A DNA stretch of 64,000 bases from positions 230,945-294,944 of IMG/VR virus record IMGVR_UViG_3300045971_000344; one strand, written 5' to 3'. Both the position numbers and the translations under genes were made by a program. This document shows positions 56,519 to 64,000 of this stretch, piece by piece. Under the pieces are notes generated by a model. It was given only the letters and a program-made list of their open reading frames with translations. It ran no database searches and was not told where the DNA came from. The number at the start of each line of letters is the position of its first letter. Position 1 is the stretch's first letter.

Positions 56519-57649
56519 ATGCAATTTACGGTGGCGGCCAAATCTTTAGCGGACTCAATTAAACTTATGAGCTCAATCGTACCTACGGGTACTAATAGCG
56601 TATTTGCACTTGACTTAAGAGATGGTGATCTTTGGTTATACGGTAACAGTGAAACAATCACCTTTAAGTGTAAGTGTAAAGACGTTAAAGAAGTTTCTGG
56701 AAAAGGACTGGTTGGGATTGAGCTCTCTCGCTTGGAAAAATTAGTTAGGGGAAGAAAAGAATTTACTGTATCTTTGAAGGAAAACGTTCTAGGGTTTGAA
56801 AACAAAAAAGACAAAATAAAGGCCGATATTACAATCATACCTGTAACTAGGGATACCATAAATGGCTTTGATGACAGTTTAGAGTTGAAAAAGGGAGATA
56901 AAAAGCATAAAATTGAACCCGACCTTTTTTCAGCGATTTTAGACGGTCTTGCAAAGACAAAGATAAATGCGGTCCACGTTAGTGATCCTTTGGATACCTT
57001 TATTGTCCTGAAAGACAACGTACTAGAAGTATCCTCTTCAGATAACTTTCACCTTGCCTTTTATTCTGCTCAGTGTGAGAGTGAAGTAAGTTTGAGACTG
57101 GGTGCGTCAAAAGCCGTCTTTGACGTTCTCGCTAAATTAGCCATTGCCTTCCCTAATAAAGTACAACTGGCTTTTAACACGAGCGCAATTATCGCGAGCT
57201 GTGCTGACTACGCACTGAATATGCCAACAATACAGACAACAGACGCTTCATTCTTAAGGACAAAGTCCTTCATTTCAGAACTGCCTAAAGCAAAAGCTTC
57301 TTTTGAAATGTCTGTTACCGAGTTTTCTTCTTCATTGGATAACGTTAGCTCAGTATACGATGAAGGTGGATCTGTCTTAAAGATGAGTTTGAAGCAAACT
57401 AAAAAGGGGTATTCTTTATACCTAGACATGTCTACTACTTATGGTACTGTTTCAAGCGCAGTTGACGCTAATGCTGTTAAGGGAGCAGAGTTTGTTTGTA
57501 CTTGTGATCCGCGTATGATACTTGATATACTTACGCTTGTAAAGGCAAAGAAATTTAAGTTCTCTTATATCTCTGAAAAGGCTTGTATCTTCACCGTTAC
57601 GTTAGATAACTTGGTTACTACTTATATAAGTAGCACCGTAAGTGAGTAG
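56519..57649 (+). CDS. dnaN: DNA sliding clamp (beta/DnaN-like)
   Basis: 376 aa, three-domain alpha/beta pattern, SSDNFHLA (cf. ATDGHRLA); replication context. Confidence 0.65.
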   Translation: MQFTVAAKSLADSIKLMSSIVPTGTNSVFALDLRDGDLWLYGNSETITFKCKCKDVKEVSGKGLVGIELSRLEKLVRGRKEFTVSLKENVLGFENKKDKIKADITIIPVTRDTINGFDDSLELKKGDKKHKIEPDLFSAILDGLAKTKINAVHVSDPLDTFIVLKDNVLEVSSSDNFHLAFYSAQCESEVSLRLGASKAVFDVLAKLAIAFPNKVQLAFNTSAIIASCADYALNMPTIQTTDASFLRTKSFISELPKAKASFEMSVTEFSSSLDNVSSVYDEGGSVLKMSLKQTKKGYSLYLDMSTTYGTVSSAVDANAVKGAEFVCTCDPRMILDILTLVKAKKFKFSYISEKACIFTVTLDNLVTTYISSTVSE

Positions 57650-57651
57650 TT

Positions 57652-58053
57652 ATGGTCCTAACACATGATCTATCCGAAGTTCCTATAAAAGCGTTCTATA
57701 ATATTTCAGGTGACCCAAAAATATCTGAGTATGTTTATCTGGTTAATAAACCTATTGTAAAGATGGAGGTTAATAAGTCAGAACAAAATTTAGTAGAAAT
57801 AGGAAACAGGATTATAATACAGTACTTAAATATAGTTAGTTATAATATCGGATACTACATCTCCGTTGCAGGATACTGTTTATGCAAACCAAATATTCTT
57901 TTTATTGGGACAAATAGTCTTAACATAAAGAACATCGGTCCTGTAGACATTTTGTACTATGATAATTATTTAACCATACTTCAGAATAAAACATATTCGT
58001 CCTATTTAATACTAGAAACATCTCATGAAGACATACCACAACCAAGAATTTAA
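57652..58053 (+). CDS. Hypothetical protein
   Basis: Gap-filling ORF in the operon. Confidence 0.6.
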   Translation: MVLTHDLSEVPIKAFYNISGDPKISEYVYLVNKPIVKMEVNKSEQNLVEIGNRIIIQYLNIVSYNIGYYISVAGYCLCKPNILFIGTNSLNIKNIGPVDILYYDNYLTILQNKTYSSYLILETSHEDIPQPRI

Positions 58054-58078
58054 TAAACACTACAAGGAGAGTTGAACT

Positions 58079-58786
58079 ATGCCACACAAGATTATTCCAA
58101 AAGCAGTAAATGAGAAACATAACATTGAAACCTGTAACTTACCTGGACCTCTATTAGTAGCTTTTCAAAACATTTTAGATCATTTAAGTCGGCACAATGA
58201 TCTATCAGAATCGGATAAATCAAATTACGCTGATACCGTTGTAAGATCAACTAAGGCCTTCATGGATTTGACAAAGACGCGTACTGAAATTTGTACTGAT
58301 TTAGTAGAAATCTTATCCACGGGATTTCCTCTTACAGACGTAACTGCTAACATTGGAATGCAGACTCATGGGCCTATACACTTATATTCTTTTTGTCCAC
58401 ATCACTTACTGGCTGTTAAATATAGTGCTTATATTGCTTATATCCCAAGAGCTGACCACATTTTAGGCTTATCAAAGATAACAAGATTAGCACAAGCTTT
58501 GGCAAGTAGACCTGTTCTTCAAGAACAGCTTTCAGAAGATATTGCGGATGTTTTGTTTTATCAAGAATCAACCAACCCCAATATCCATTATTTACCAGCA
58601 ATAGAGACAAAAGGTTCTGCTGTTTTGTTGACCGGTCATCATAGTTGTATTTCGTGTAGAGGAGTAAAATCTGAAAATCTTGTTACTCAAAGTTCTTTAC
58701 GAGGAGCATTTTGGGAATTAGATATGGAGCAAAAATTTCATGCAATGATTACTGCAACTAGAGCAGCACGAAATTCCGAACTCTAA
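58079..58786 (+). CDS. folE: GTP cyclohydrolase I
   Basis: SFCPHHLL, AYIP, GLSKITRL, RPVLQEQL, HSCISCRGV. Confidence 0.88.
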   Translation: MPHKIIPKAVNEKHNIETCNLPGPLLVAFQNILDHLSRHNDLSESDKSNYADTVVRSTKAFMDLTKTRTEICTDLVEILSTGFPLTDVTANIGMQTHGPIHLYSFCPHHLLAVKYSAYIAYIPRADHILGLSKITRLAQALASRPVLQEQLSEDIADVLFYQESTNPNIHYLPAIETKGSAVLLTGHHSCISCRGVKSENLVTQSSLRGAFWELDMEQKFHAMITATRAARNSEL

Positions 58787-58806
58787 CATAATAGAGGTAA
58801 CCGTAA

Positions 58807-59364
58807 ATGATTATTCAAAAACTTACCCTTGAAGAATTACAAGTCAAGATCCAAAAGGGAAAAAAGTACAAACAACTTCTAGAAGCATTTCAGACGAATA
58901 GACTGTATAACATAAATTTGGATGAGTATAAAGAAGAAATAACAGCTCTTCATCGTGCTAGATCAATCCGGACTCTTATTAATTTTTGTAATGACAAGGC
59001 CGCCACTAGTATGGTAGACGAAGTCATACGAGCCAATCTTACAGACCAAGCACAAAGGGGACGTTTAACAGAGATTCTCTTGACCTGCGTTAGAGCGTCT
59101 AATGCCTTGAATGAAGCAATTAGTGTATTTAAGGACTTTGCTTTGATTAGGTATGACTCGTATCTGACTAAGATAAAGACAAAAGGTGAAAGGGCTACCT
59201 TTCTGGACACACTCTTATCTGATATGCAGACATACAGCGCAGATTGCGAGCTCGTTATTAACTTGGCAAAATTGGTAATTGCAGATATAGACCAAGGCGG
59301 ATGGGCTCTCTCCAGAACAATAGAGGCTCTGAAGATAACTAACGCCCCTGAAAAACGGATATGA
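58807..59364 (+). CDS. Helical hypothetical protein (possibly UvsY-like)
   Basis: All-helical; directly upstream of the SF2 helicase; function not established. Confidence 0.55.
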   Translation: MIIQKLTLEELQVKIQKGKKYKQLLEAFQTNRLYNINLDEYKEEITALHRARSIRTLINFCNDKAATSMVDEVIRANLTDQAQRGRLTEILLTCVRASNALNEAISVFKDFALIRYDSYLTKIKTKGERATFLDTLLSDMQTYSADCELVINLAKLVIADIDQGGWALSRTIEALKITNAPEKRI

Positions 59365-59365
59365 T

Positions 59366-60508
59366 ATGGATCTTAAACCTAAAGTAATTTTGGATAATAA
59401 GTGTTGGATCCCTGCTTCGTTATTGAGCCTAAAGAGAGTTAGATCTCGTTATTTAGTTTATCGTTATGAAGAAAAAGCCTGTATTAAATGCGAGCACCAA
59501 CAAGAAAAAGGACCTAATGATGAACCTTACTATCTCTGTGAAAGTTGTGCAGGGTTTTTAGGTAAGTATAAGCTCTATGAAAGAAAAGAAATAAATGGCG
59601 TACCGTACATTGGGTTCCATAATGGAGACCGGCTGAATCTCTGTAAGAAGCTTAAGTTAGACAAAAGTGTATTTAAGAATACAGTCGATAATCGTATTGA
59701 GAAAAAGTTTAAATACGATATTAACTTTACTGGTACATTGCGTCCTCATCAGATAGATGCCTTAAAACAGTGGAATGACTATAACTTTGGTCAGTTAATG
59801 GCTCCACCACGTTCAGGGAAGACCGTGCTCGCGGTTAACCTTACTGTTAACCTAAAAGTACGGACCCTTATACTTACGCATCAAGGCGATCTTTTGGACC
59901 AGATGCTACAGTCCTTTTATGACTTCACAGACATAAAGGACGTAGAATTTGAACATAAGAAACAGCTGGTAGGTATAGCAAAGAAACCCGAGGACTTTAA
60001 GAAATGGCCAATTGTACTCGCTACCTATCAGAAGTTTATAACCCCAAAGGGTAAAAAGAGACTTGAAAAGATCGTTAAGAAATTTGGACTCGTTATAGTG
60101 GATGAGGTTCATCGTGCTAATAGTACATGTTTTAGTGCAGTCCTAGCACAGTTTCATGCTAAGTATAAAATTGGATTCACAGCCACACCCAAGAGGAAGG
60201 ATTGCTTCATAAAAGGCACTCAAGTACTCTTAAGTAATGGGGAATACGCGCCTATAGAAGAACTAGCAAAAAATCCTGAGAAGTTTTCAGTTAAAACTTT
60301 TAATCATTCTTTAGGGGTTATCGAAGATAGTAAAATACTATTAGGTCATACTAGAAAAAAGTCTTCATTAATTAAGATTAAGTATAAAGGAGACTATATT
60401 GTTTGTACTCCAGATCAACAATTTTGGTCAAAAACACGAAAAGCTTATATTAATGCCAAAGACCTAGAGCTAGGAGAAGAAATCTTAGACTTTAGTGATA
60501 TAGCGTAA
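59366..60508 (+). CDS. SF2 (UvsW-like) helicase N-half fused to split-intein N-fragment
   Basis: LRPHQ, PPRSGKT, DEVH, TATP, then intein block A CFIKGTQVLLSNG at 60203. Confidence 0.9.
   Translation: MDLKPKVILDNKCWIPASLLSLKRVRSRYLVYRYEEKACIKCEHQQEKGPNDEPYYLCESCAGFLGKYKLYERKEINGVPYIGFHNGDRLNLCKKLKLDKSVFKNTVDNRIEKKFKYDINFTGTLRPHQIDALKQWNDYNFGQLMAPPRSGKTVLAVNLTVNLKVRTLILTHQGDLLDQMLQSFYDFTDIKDVEFEHKKQLVGIAKKPEDFKKWPIVLATYQKFITPKGKKRLEKIVKKFGLVIVDEVHRANSTCFSAVLAQFHAKYKIGFTATPKRKDCFIKGTQVLLSNGEYAPIEELAKNPEKFSVKTFNHSLGVIEDSKILLGHTRKKSSLIKIKYKGDYIVCTPDQQFWSKTRKAYINAKDLELGEEILDFSDIA
60203..60505 (+). mobile_element. Split intein, N-fragment (101 aa)
   Basis: Cys1 block A; block B IVCTPDQQFW; YINAKDLELGE. 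Confidence 0.88.
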
Positions 60509-61561
60509 TACTTGTCTACGTGTCAGCTCGATCCAGTTTATTGGTAATTTTATTTTTTCTTTTTTGCTATTATAGCAGTATAGTTTAAACTTAAAGCCTT
60601 GCTTAATACACGCTTTTGCTTTTTTCTTAACTTTATTAAATTCACTTGGACTATTATGGTATAGTCCAAGTGTATAGTCAGATTTTACTTCTATTATTAA
60701 GTTTTTATGAGGAATAAAGATATCAGGGTAATAAGTTTTACTTTTACCTTTAAACTTATAAGAGATCTGTGGTATGGCTTGACCAAGTCCTGCATTAATG
60801 GCACTAATCTCGTATTTTTTAGAAAGTTCTTCTAAAGCTAAATGTTCATACCCTTGGATAATAAATTTTTTACCTTTAAGCTTAAACGTAAAAGTTTTTC
60901 TTTTATTTTTGTCTATTGCACATTTTCTACAACCAGTATAGCCCTCCTTAGTTCCAAGAATAGCTCCTAAAGTAGTTTCAAATACACTGTCACAGTCATA
61001 GCATATAACTTTTACTCGGCTCTTAGCTGGATCCTCTGAAATTGAAATAAGTTTAATCTTATGGTTATGCTTACTCATTTTATTTTTTATTCTACGTTTT
61101 ATTTCTTTTTCTGTTAGTCTATTCTTTTGTCCGCCTACTTTAGCTGCACAAATAGGACACCCATAACTTGTTTTTAGTACTAATCTAATTTTATTATAAA
61201 ATATGTGTCCTTTATTACACTCTATTTTTGCCAAGTCTTCCCTTGTTTTTTGAGTTCTTAGTACTATGAACCCAGGAAAGCGTTGTTCCAATTCGTCAAC
61301 TAGTTCTTTAGTTTTATTAACCCAAGCATTAAATCGTGTTTTTATTCTATTTTCTGTTTCCTTTTCTTTACTGCATTTTGGGCATCCCGATTTTCTAGCA
61401 GTAACTAAATTACTTGGTTTTTTAGAAAAAATATTTTTACAAACTAAGCACTCACATTTTACTTCTTTACTTTTCTTTATGTATTTTTCTAAAACTTTAA
61501 TTGTTGGGTGAATATCTAGCATTTCCTTTAAAAATTGCTCTTCTGTTCTTTTTGCACTCAT
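60485..61561 (-). CDS. Free-standing putative homing endonuclease (zinc-ribbon repeats + PD-(D/E)xK domain)
   Basis: Three C..(C/H)...GC(P/R)xC repeats; YYPDIFIPHKNLIIEVKS; the only credible antisense gene; SD GGTGG. Confidence 0.8.
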   Translation of the reverse strand: MSAKRTEEQFLKEMLDIHPTIKVLEKYIKKSKEVKCECLVCKNIFSKKPSNLVTARKSGCPKCSKEKETENRIKTRFNAWVNKTKELVDELEQRFPGFIVLRTQKTREDLAKIECNKGHIFYNKIRLVLKTSYGCPICAAKVGGQKNRLTEKEIKRRIKNKMSKHNHKIKLISISEDPAKSRVKVICYDCDSVFETTLGAILGTKEGYTGCRKCAIDKNKRKTFTFKLKGKKFIIQGYEHLALEELSKKYEISAINAGLGQAIPQISYKFKGKSKTYYPDIFIPHKNLIIEVKSDYTLGLYHNSPSEFNKVKKKAKACIKQGFKFKLYCYNSKKEKIKLPINWIELTRRQVLRYITKV

Positions 61562-61666
61562 TTAGTATTCCACCTTTTTACACTAAAATTAACGGCTACT
61601 CCTATATGTATAAATTATGTAATTTAATATTAATGCTTAGGAGTATCACTAAACTTAGGAGAAAAT

Positions 61667-61783
61667 ATGCCAGTAGAAGCCATTGAATACTTGAATTTTA
61701 TAGAAGATACTTATGACATTACAGTTGAGTCTAATAATAATTTTTTTATTAAACAAAATAATAGTACTTTATTGGTTCATAAC
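61667..61783 (+). mobile_element. Split intein, C-fragment (39 aa)
   Basis: Block F TYDITV...NFF; block G VHN followed by Cys+1 at 61784. Confidence 0.88.
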
Positions 61784-62617
61784 TGTTTAGAGTTTGTAAT
61801 TGAACAAATTATTGGTCCAGTTACTTCTAAAATTGAACCTGAACAGGTTATACCTAAAGTATTTGTCCATGAGTCTGGTGTTAAGCCCAAGCATGAGTAT
61901 AAGCAGTGGGTATATGCAATGCAATTTCTAGCCAAAGATAAGGACCGTCAGAAAATGATAGTTGATATGGCTGTTAAAGACGTTATCGCCGGATACTACG
62001 TAGTTATCCCTGTTGTCTTTGTTAAACAGGCCAATGAACTCGCAGATGCAATAGAAAAACGTCTGTATAAGAAATACGATAGACGTGGTCTTGCTATTGC
62101 TTTTACTTCAAAGGTAAAGGACAGAAAAGATGTATTGGAAAAGATACGAAAGGGTAAAATAAAGGTTACTGTAGGTATACGCTCTCTTATACAGGCAGGT
62201 ATAAATGTTCCTCGCTGGTCATCTATAATAGAATGTAGTCCTATAAGTAATAAGCCAAATCATACTCAAGAGATTGCCAGGATCCGAACACCCGCACCTG
62301 AGCTGAATAAACCACAACCCATTATACACCAAATAGTAGATGAAAAGATGGGTGGAATGAGTACGGGTTGTTTCAGAACCTGCTTTCAAGTATACAAGGA
62401 CTTTGAATGGGACCCATCTAGTTACGCTGAGGCAGTACGTTTATTAAGGGGATTAAAGCCCTCGTCTAACTATGATGAGTACGCTGTTAAGCCCGTTAGG
62501 CTCATACAGAATGATAAGTCACTTTTTGATGATTCTTCTAAGTCTACTAAAGACAAAACTGTAAATAAGGAAAAACGTGGTTTTGGGTTCGGTGGGCTAA
62601 ATCCAAAAATAAGGTGA
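61667..62617 (+). CDS. Split-intein C-fragment fused to SF2 helicase C-half
   Basis: SD AGGAG; TYDITVESNNNFF...LLVHN/C; then GINVP (motif V) and QEIARIRT (motif VI). Confidence 0.9.
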   Translation: MPVEAIEYLNFIEDTYDITVESNNNFFIKQNNSTLLVHNCLEFVIEQIIGPVTSKIEPEQVIPKVFVHESGVKPKHEYKQWVYAMQFLAKDKDRQKMIVDMAVKDVIAGYYVVIPVVFVKQANELADAIEKRLYKKYDRRGLAIAFTSKVKDRKDVLEKIRKGKIKVTVGIRSLIQAGINVPRWSSIIECSPISNKPNHTQEIARIRTPAPELNKPQPIIHQIVDEKMGGMSTGCFRTCFQVYKDFEWDPSSYAEAVRLLRGLKPSSNYDEYAVKPVRLIQNDKSLFDDSSKSTKDKTVNKEKRGFGFGGLNPKIR

Positions 62618-62622
62618 GAACC

Positions 62623-63393
62623 ATGAGTAAAAAGAAAAAACGTGAGATCGAAGAAGACGAAGATTCTCATTTATTGGACGATGAAGACGAGGAAGATAAG
62701 AAACTAGAACAAGAAGAAGAGGAAAAAGAAGAACAAGATAAAAAGAAAAAGAAAAAAGTTAAAGAACTTGGATCAGTAAAGATTTCGCATAACCATGACG
62801 TTAAATTTGCCAAGCTCTTGCGGTCCCGTGGGGTTTCAACTCTGGATTTACTTCATGGCTCGCGCTCGTTTCTTCTTGAAGACGTTATACTACCAATTGA
62901 ATCAAATACTTGGGAACGGTGTAAAAGAATAAGCTCAGATAAACAGCTTGGATGGTATCATCGTGCCTATCAGAAGGTATTATCCAATAACTGGCTCTGT
63001 GCAGGTATAGGCGGAACTCCAACGGATGCTCGTGCAAAGCAAGTAGCTCTCCATATTTTTATAAAAGCAATCTATGAGTATCAAGAGCGAGATCCTAGAA
63101 AGAACGTTGGACGCGCATTGCCTTATTGGCACAACGTCTATGGTGGGTTCAATGATTATCTTAGAGATTTGAAATCAGATTTTCCATCTTTTATAGTAAT
63201 CTCTAATATCACGCCTACCTGTACTTCTTTGAAGCTCGAAAAAGTTAGAGATGCTTTAACACGTTATACAAATATGGAGATACCTGTACTTGTTGTTTGT
63301 GCGGGTATGGATCCCTTTACCCTCTTTTCATCTAAACTTTATTTCCCCATAAAATGGTGCTTAAACATTGGTAATCCTTTGGTAGCAGTCTGA
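62623..63393 (+). CDS. Hypothetical replication-region protein
   Basis: Acidic/basic N-tail plus alpha/beta domain; no intact Walker A. Confidence 0.65.
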   Translation: MSKKKKREIEEDEDSHLLDDEDEEDKKLEQEEEEKEEQDKKKKKKVKELGSVKISHNHDVKFAKLLRSRGVSTLDLLHGSRSFLLEDVILPIESNTWERCKRISSDKQLGWYHRAYQKVLSNNWLCAGIGGTPTDARAKQVALHIFIKAIYEYQERDPRKNVGRALPYWHNVYGGFNDYLRDLKSDFPSFIVISNITPTCTSLKLEKVRDALTRYTNMEIPVLVVCAGMDPFTLFSSKLYFPIKWCLNIGNPLVAV

Positions 63394-63414
63394 ATTAACT
63401 ATAAGGTGTGTCTT

Positions 63415-63654
63415 ATGAGTATGGAAAAAGATTTTTACATTAATATAGATAAGTGCTTGAATGACTTGCTCTCTATTTTAGAGACCTTGGATGGAAGGGT
63501 ACGAAAGCTCGAAATAAAGACGCAGATAAAGAAATCTCCGTCTTACCTAAAGGTAGTAGTTCCTTTAAAGGAACGCCAAGTTTTATCTTCTATAGAACAA
63601 ATGACTCAAATAGCTTCTGAGCTAGGCGAAAGAATACAAAAACTAGAAAAATAA
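63415..63654 (+). CDS. Hypothetical coiled-coil protein
   Basis: SD AAGGTG; heptad pattern. Confidence 0.6.
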   Translation: MSMEKDFYINIDKCLNDLLSILETLDGRVRKLEIKTQIKKSPSYLKVVVPLKERQVLSSIEQMTQIASELGERIQKLEK

Positions 63655-63666
63655 GGAGAGTAAACT

Positions 63667-64000
63667 ATGGCAACACATTTCTGGCGTGATACTTCAGAAA
63701 CAACCGCTAACATCTTTAGTAAATTAATTAAGAACAATTTTCCTTTACTCAAGAAAGCTAATTTTATCTTTGTATTAAGAGACAATGAAAAAACAGACGA
63801 TGAAGGTAATATTATCGCTGGTGAGGCACGTAAGATCTCTGGAAAAGAACGTGACCTTTGGGGCTTTGACTTTGAGATTTGTTTGGATGCAGAGATCTGG
63901 TCAAAAATGAATAAGGCCGATAAGTACCGCTTGGGTTTTCATGAGCTTTGTCATTGTGGAGTTGAAACAGAGGAAGGCTCTACTGAACCTAAATTTGATG
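63667..64000 (+). CDS. Putative phage metallopeptidase, 3'-truncated
   Basis: SD AAGGAG; MATHFWRD...DFEICLDAEIW...LGFHELCHC (HExxH). Confidence 0.7.
   Translation, partial: MATHFWRDTSETTANIFSKLIKNNFPLLKKANFIFVLRDNEKTDDEGNIIAGEARKISGKERDLWGFDFEICLDAEIWSKMNKADKYRLGFHELCHCGVETEEGSTEPKFD

Noticed and set aside
456-62670. Numerous minus-strand ORFs of 60-200 aa
   Set aside because: They are antisense shadows of well-supported + strand genes and have no motifs; only 60485-61561 is accepted.
1-64000. Stop-codon reassignment, as seen in some large phages
   Set aside because: TAA, TAG and TGA all end genes cleanly, coding density is high, and conserved enzymes are uninterrupted in code 11.

Overview
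AT-rich, gene-dense fragment of a large tailed phage (probably jumbo). Standard genetic code; every credible gene but one is on the + strand. Recognisable modules are head assembly (terminase large subunit 29585-31708, probable portal 36544-38418, prohead protease 44444-45187), a tail fibre/baseplate block (13966-22231), host-like signalling and transport genes (HD-GYP, multi-pass membrane proteins, CorA), a giant SNF2 helicase, and a replication/DNA-modification block (PolA with a UDG-like N-domain, QueE, RNase H, beta-clamp, FolE, SF2 helicase). The main unexplained pattern is that about 35 otherwise unrelated genes begin with the same short basic/beta-strand leader (M-R/K-K-I-x-V-R-I...) ending in [VIT]-x-[TI]-[AS]-[SAG]. 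The same motif occurs inside the portal, the protease and several multidomain proteins. I interpret this as a capsid-targeting plus prohead-protease-cleavage code that loads a large protein cargo into the head (topoisomerase IB, an ADP-ribosyltransferase, Nudix and ParB-like proteins, and proteins with a shared 'WW..HPNSKYAK' module). The second highlight is a helicase gene fractured by a naturally split intein, with an antisense free-standing endonuclease between the halves. I found no tRNA, rRNA or CRISPR array. All family calls come from reading motifs by eye; no database search was run.
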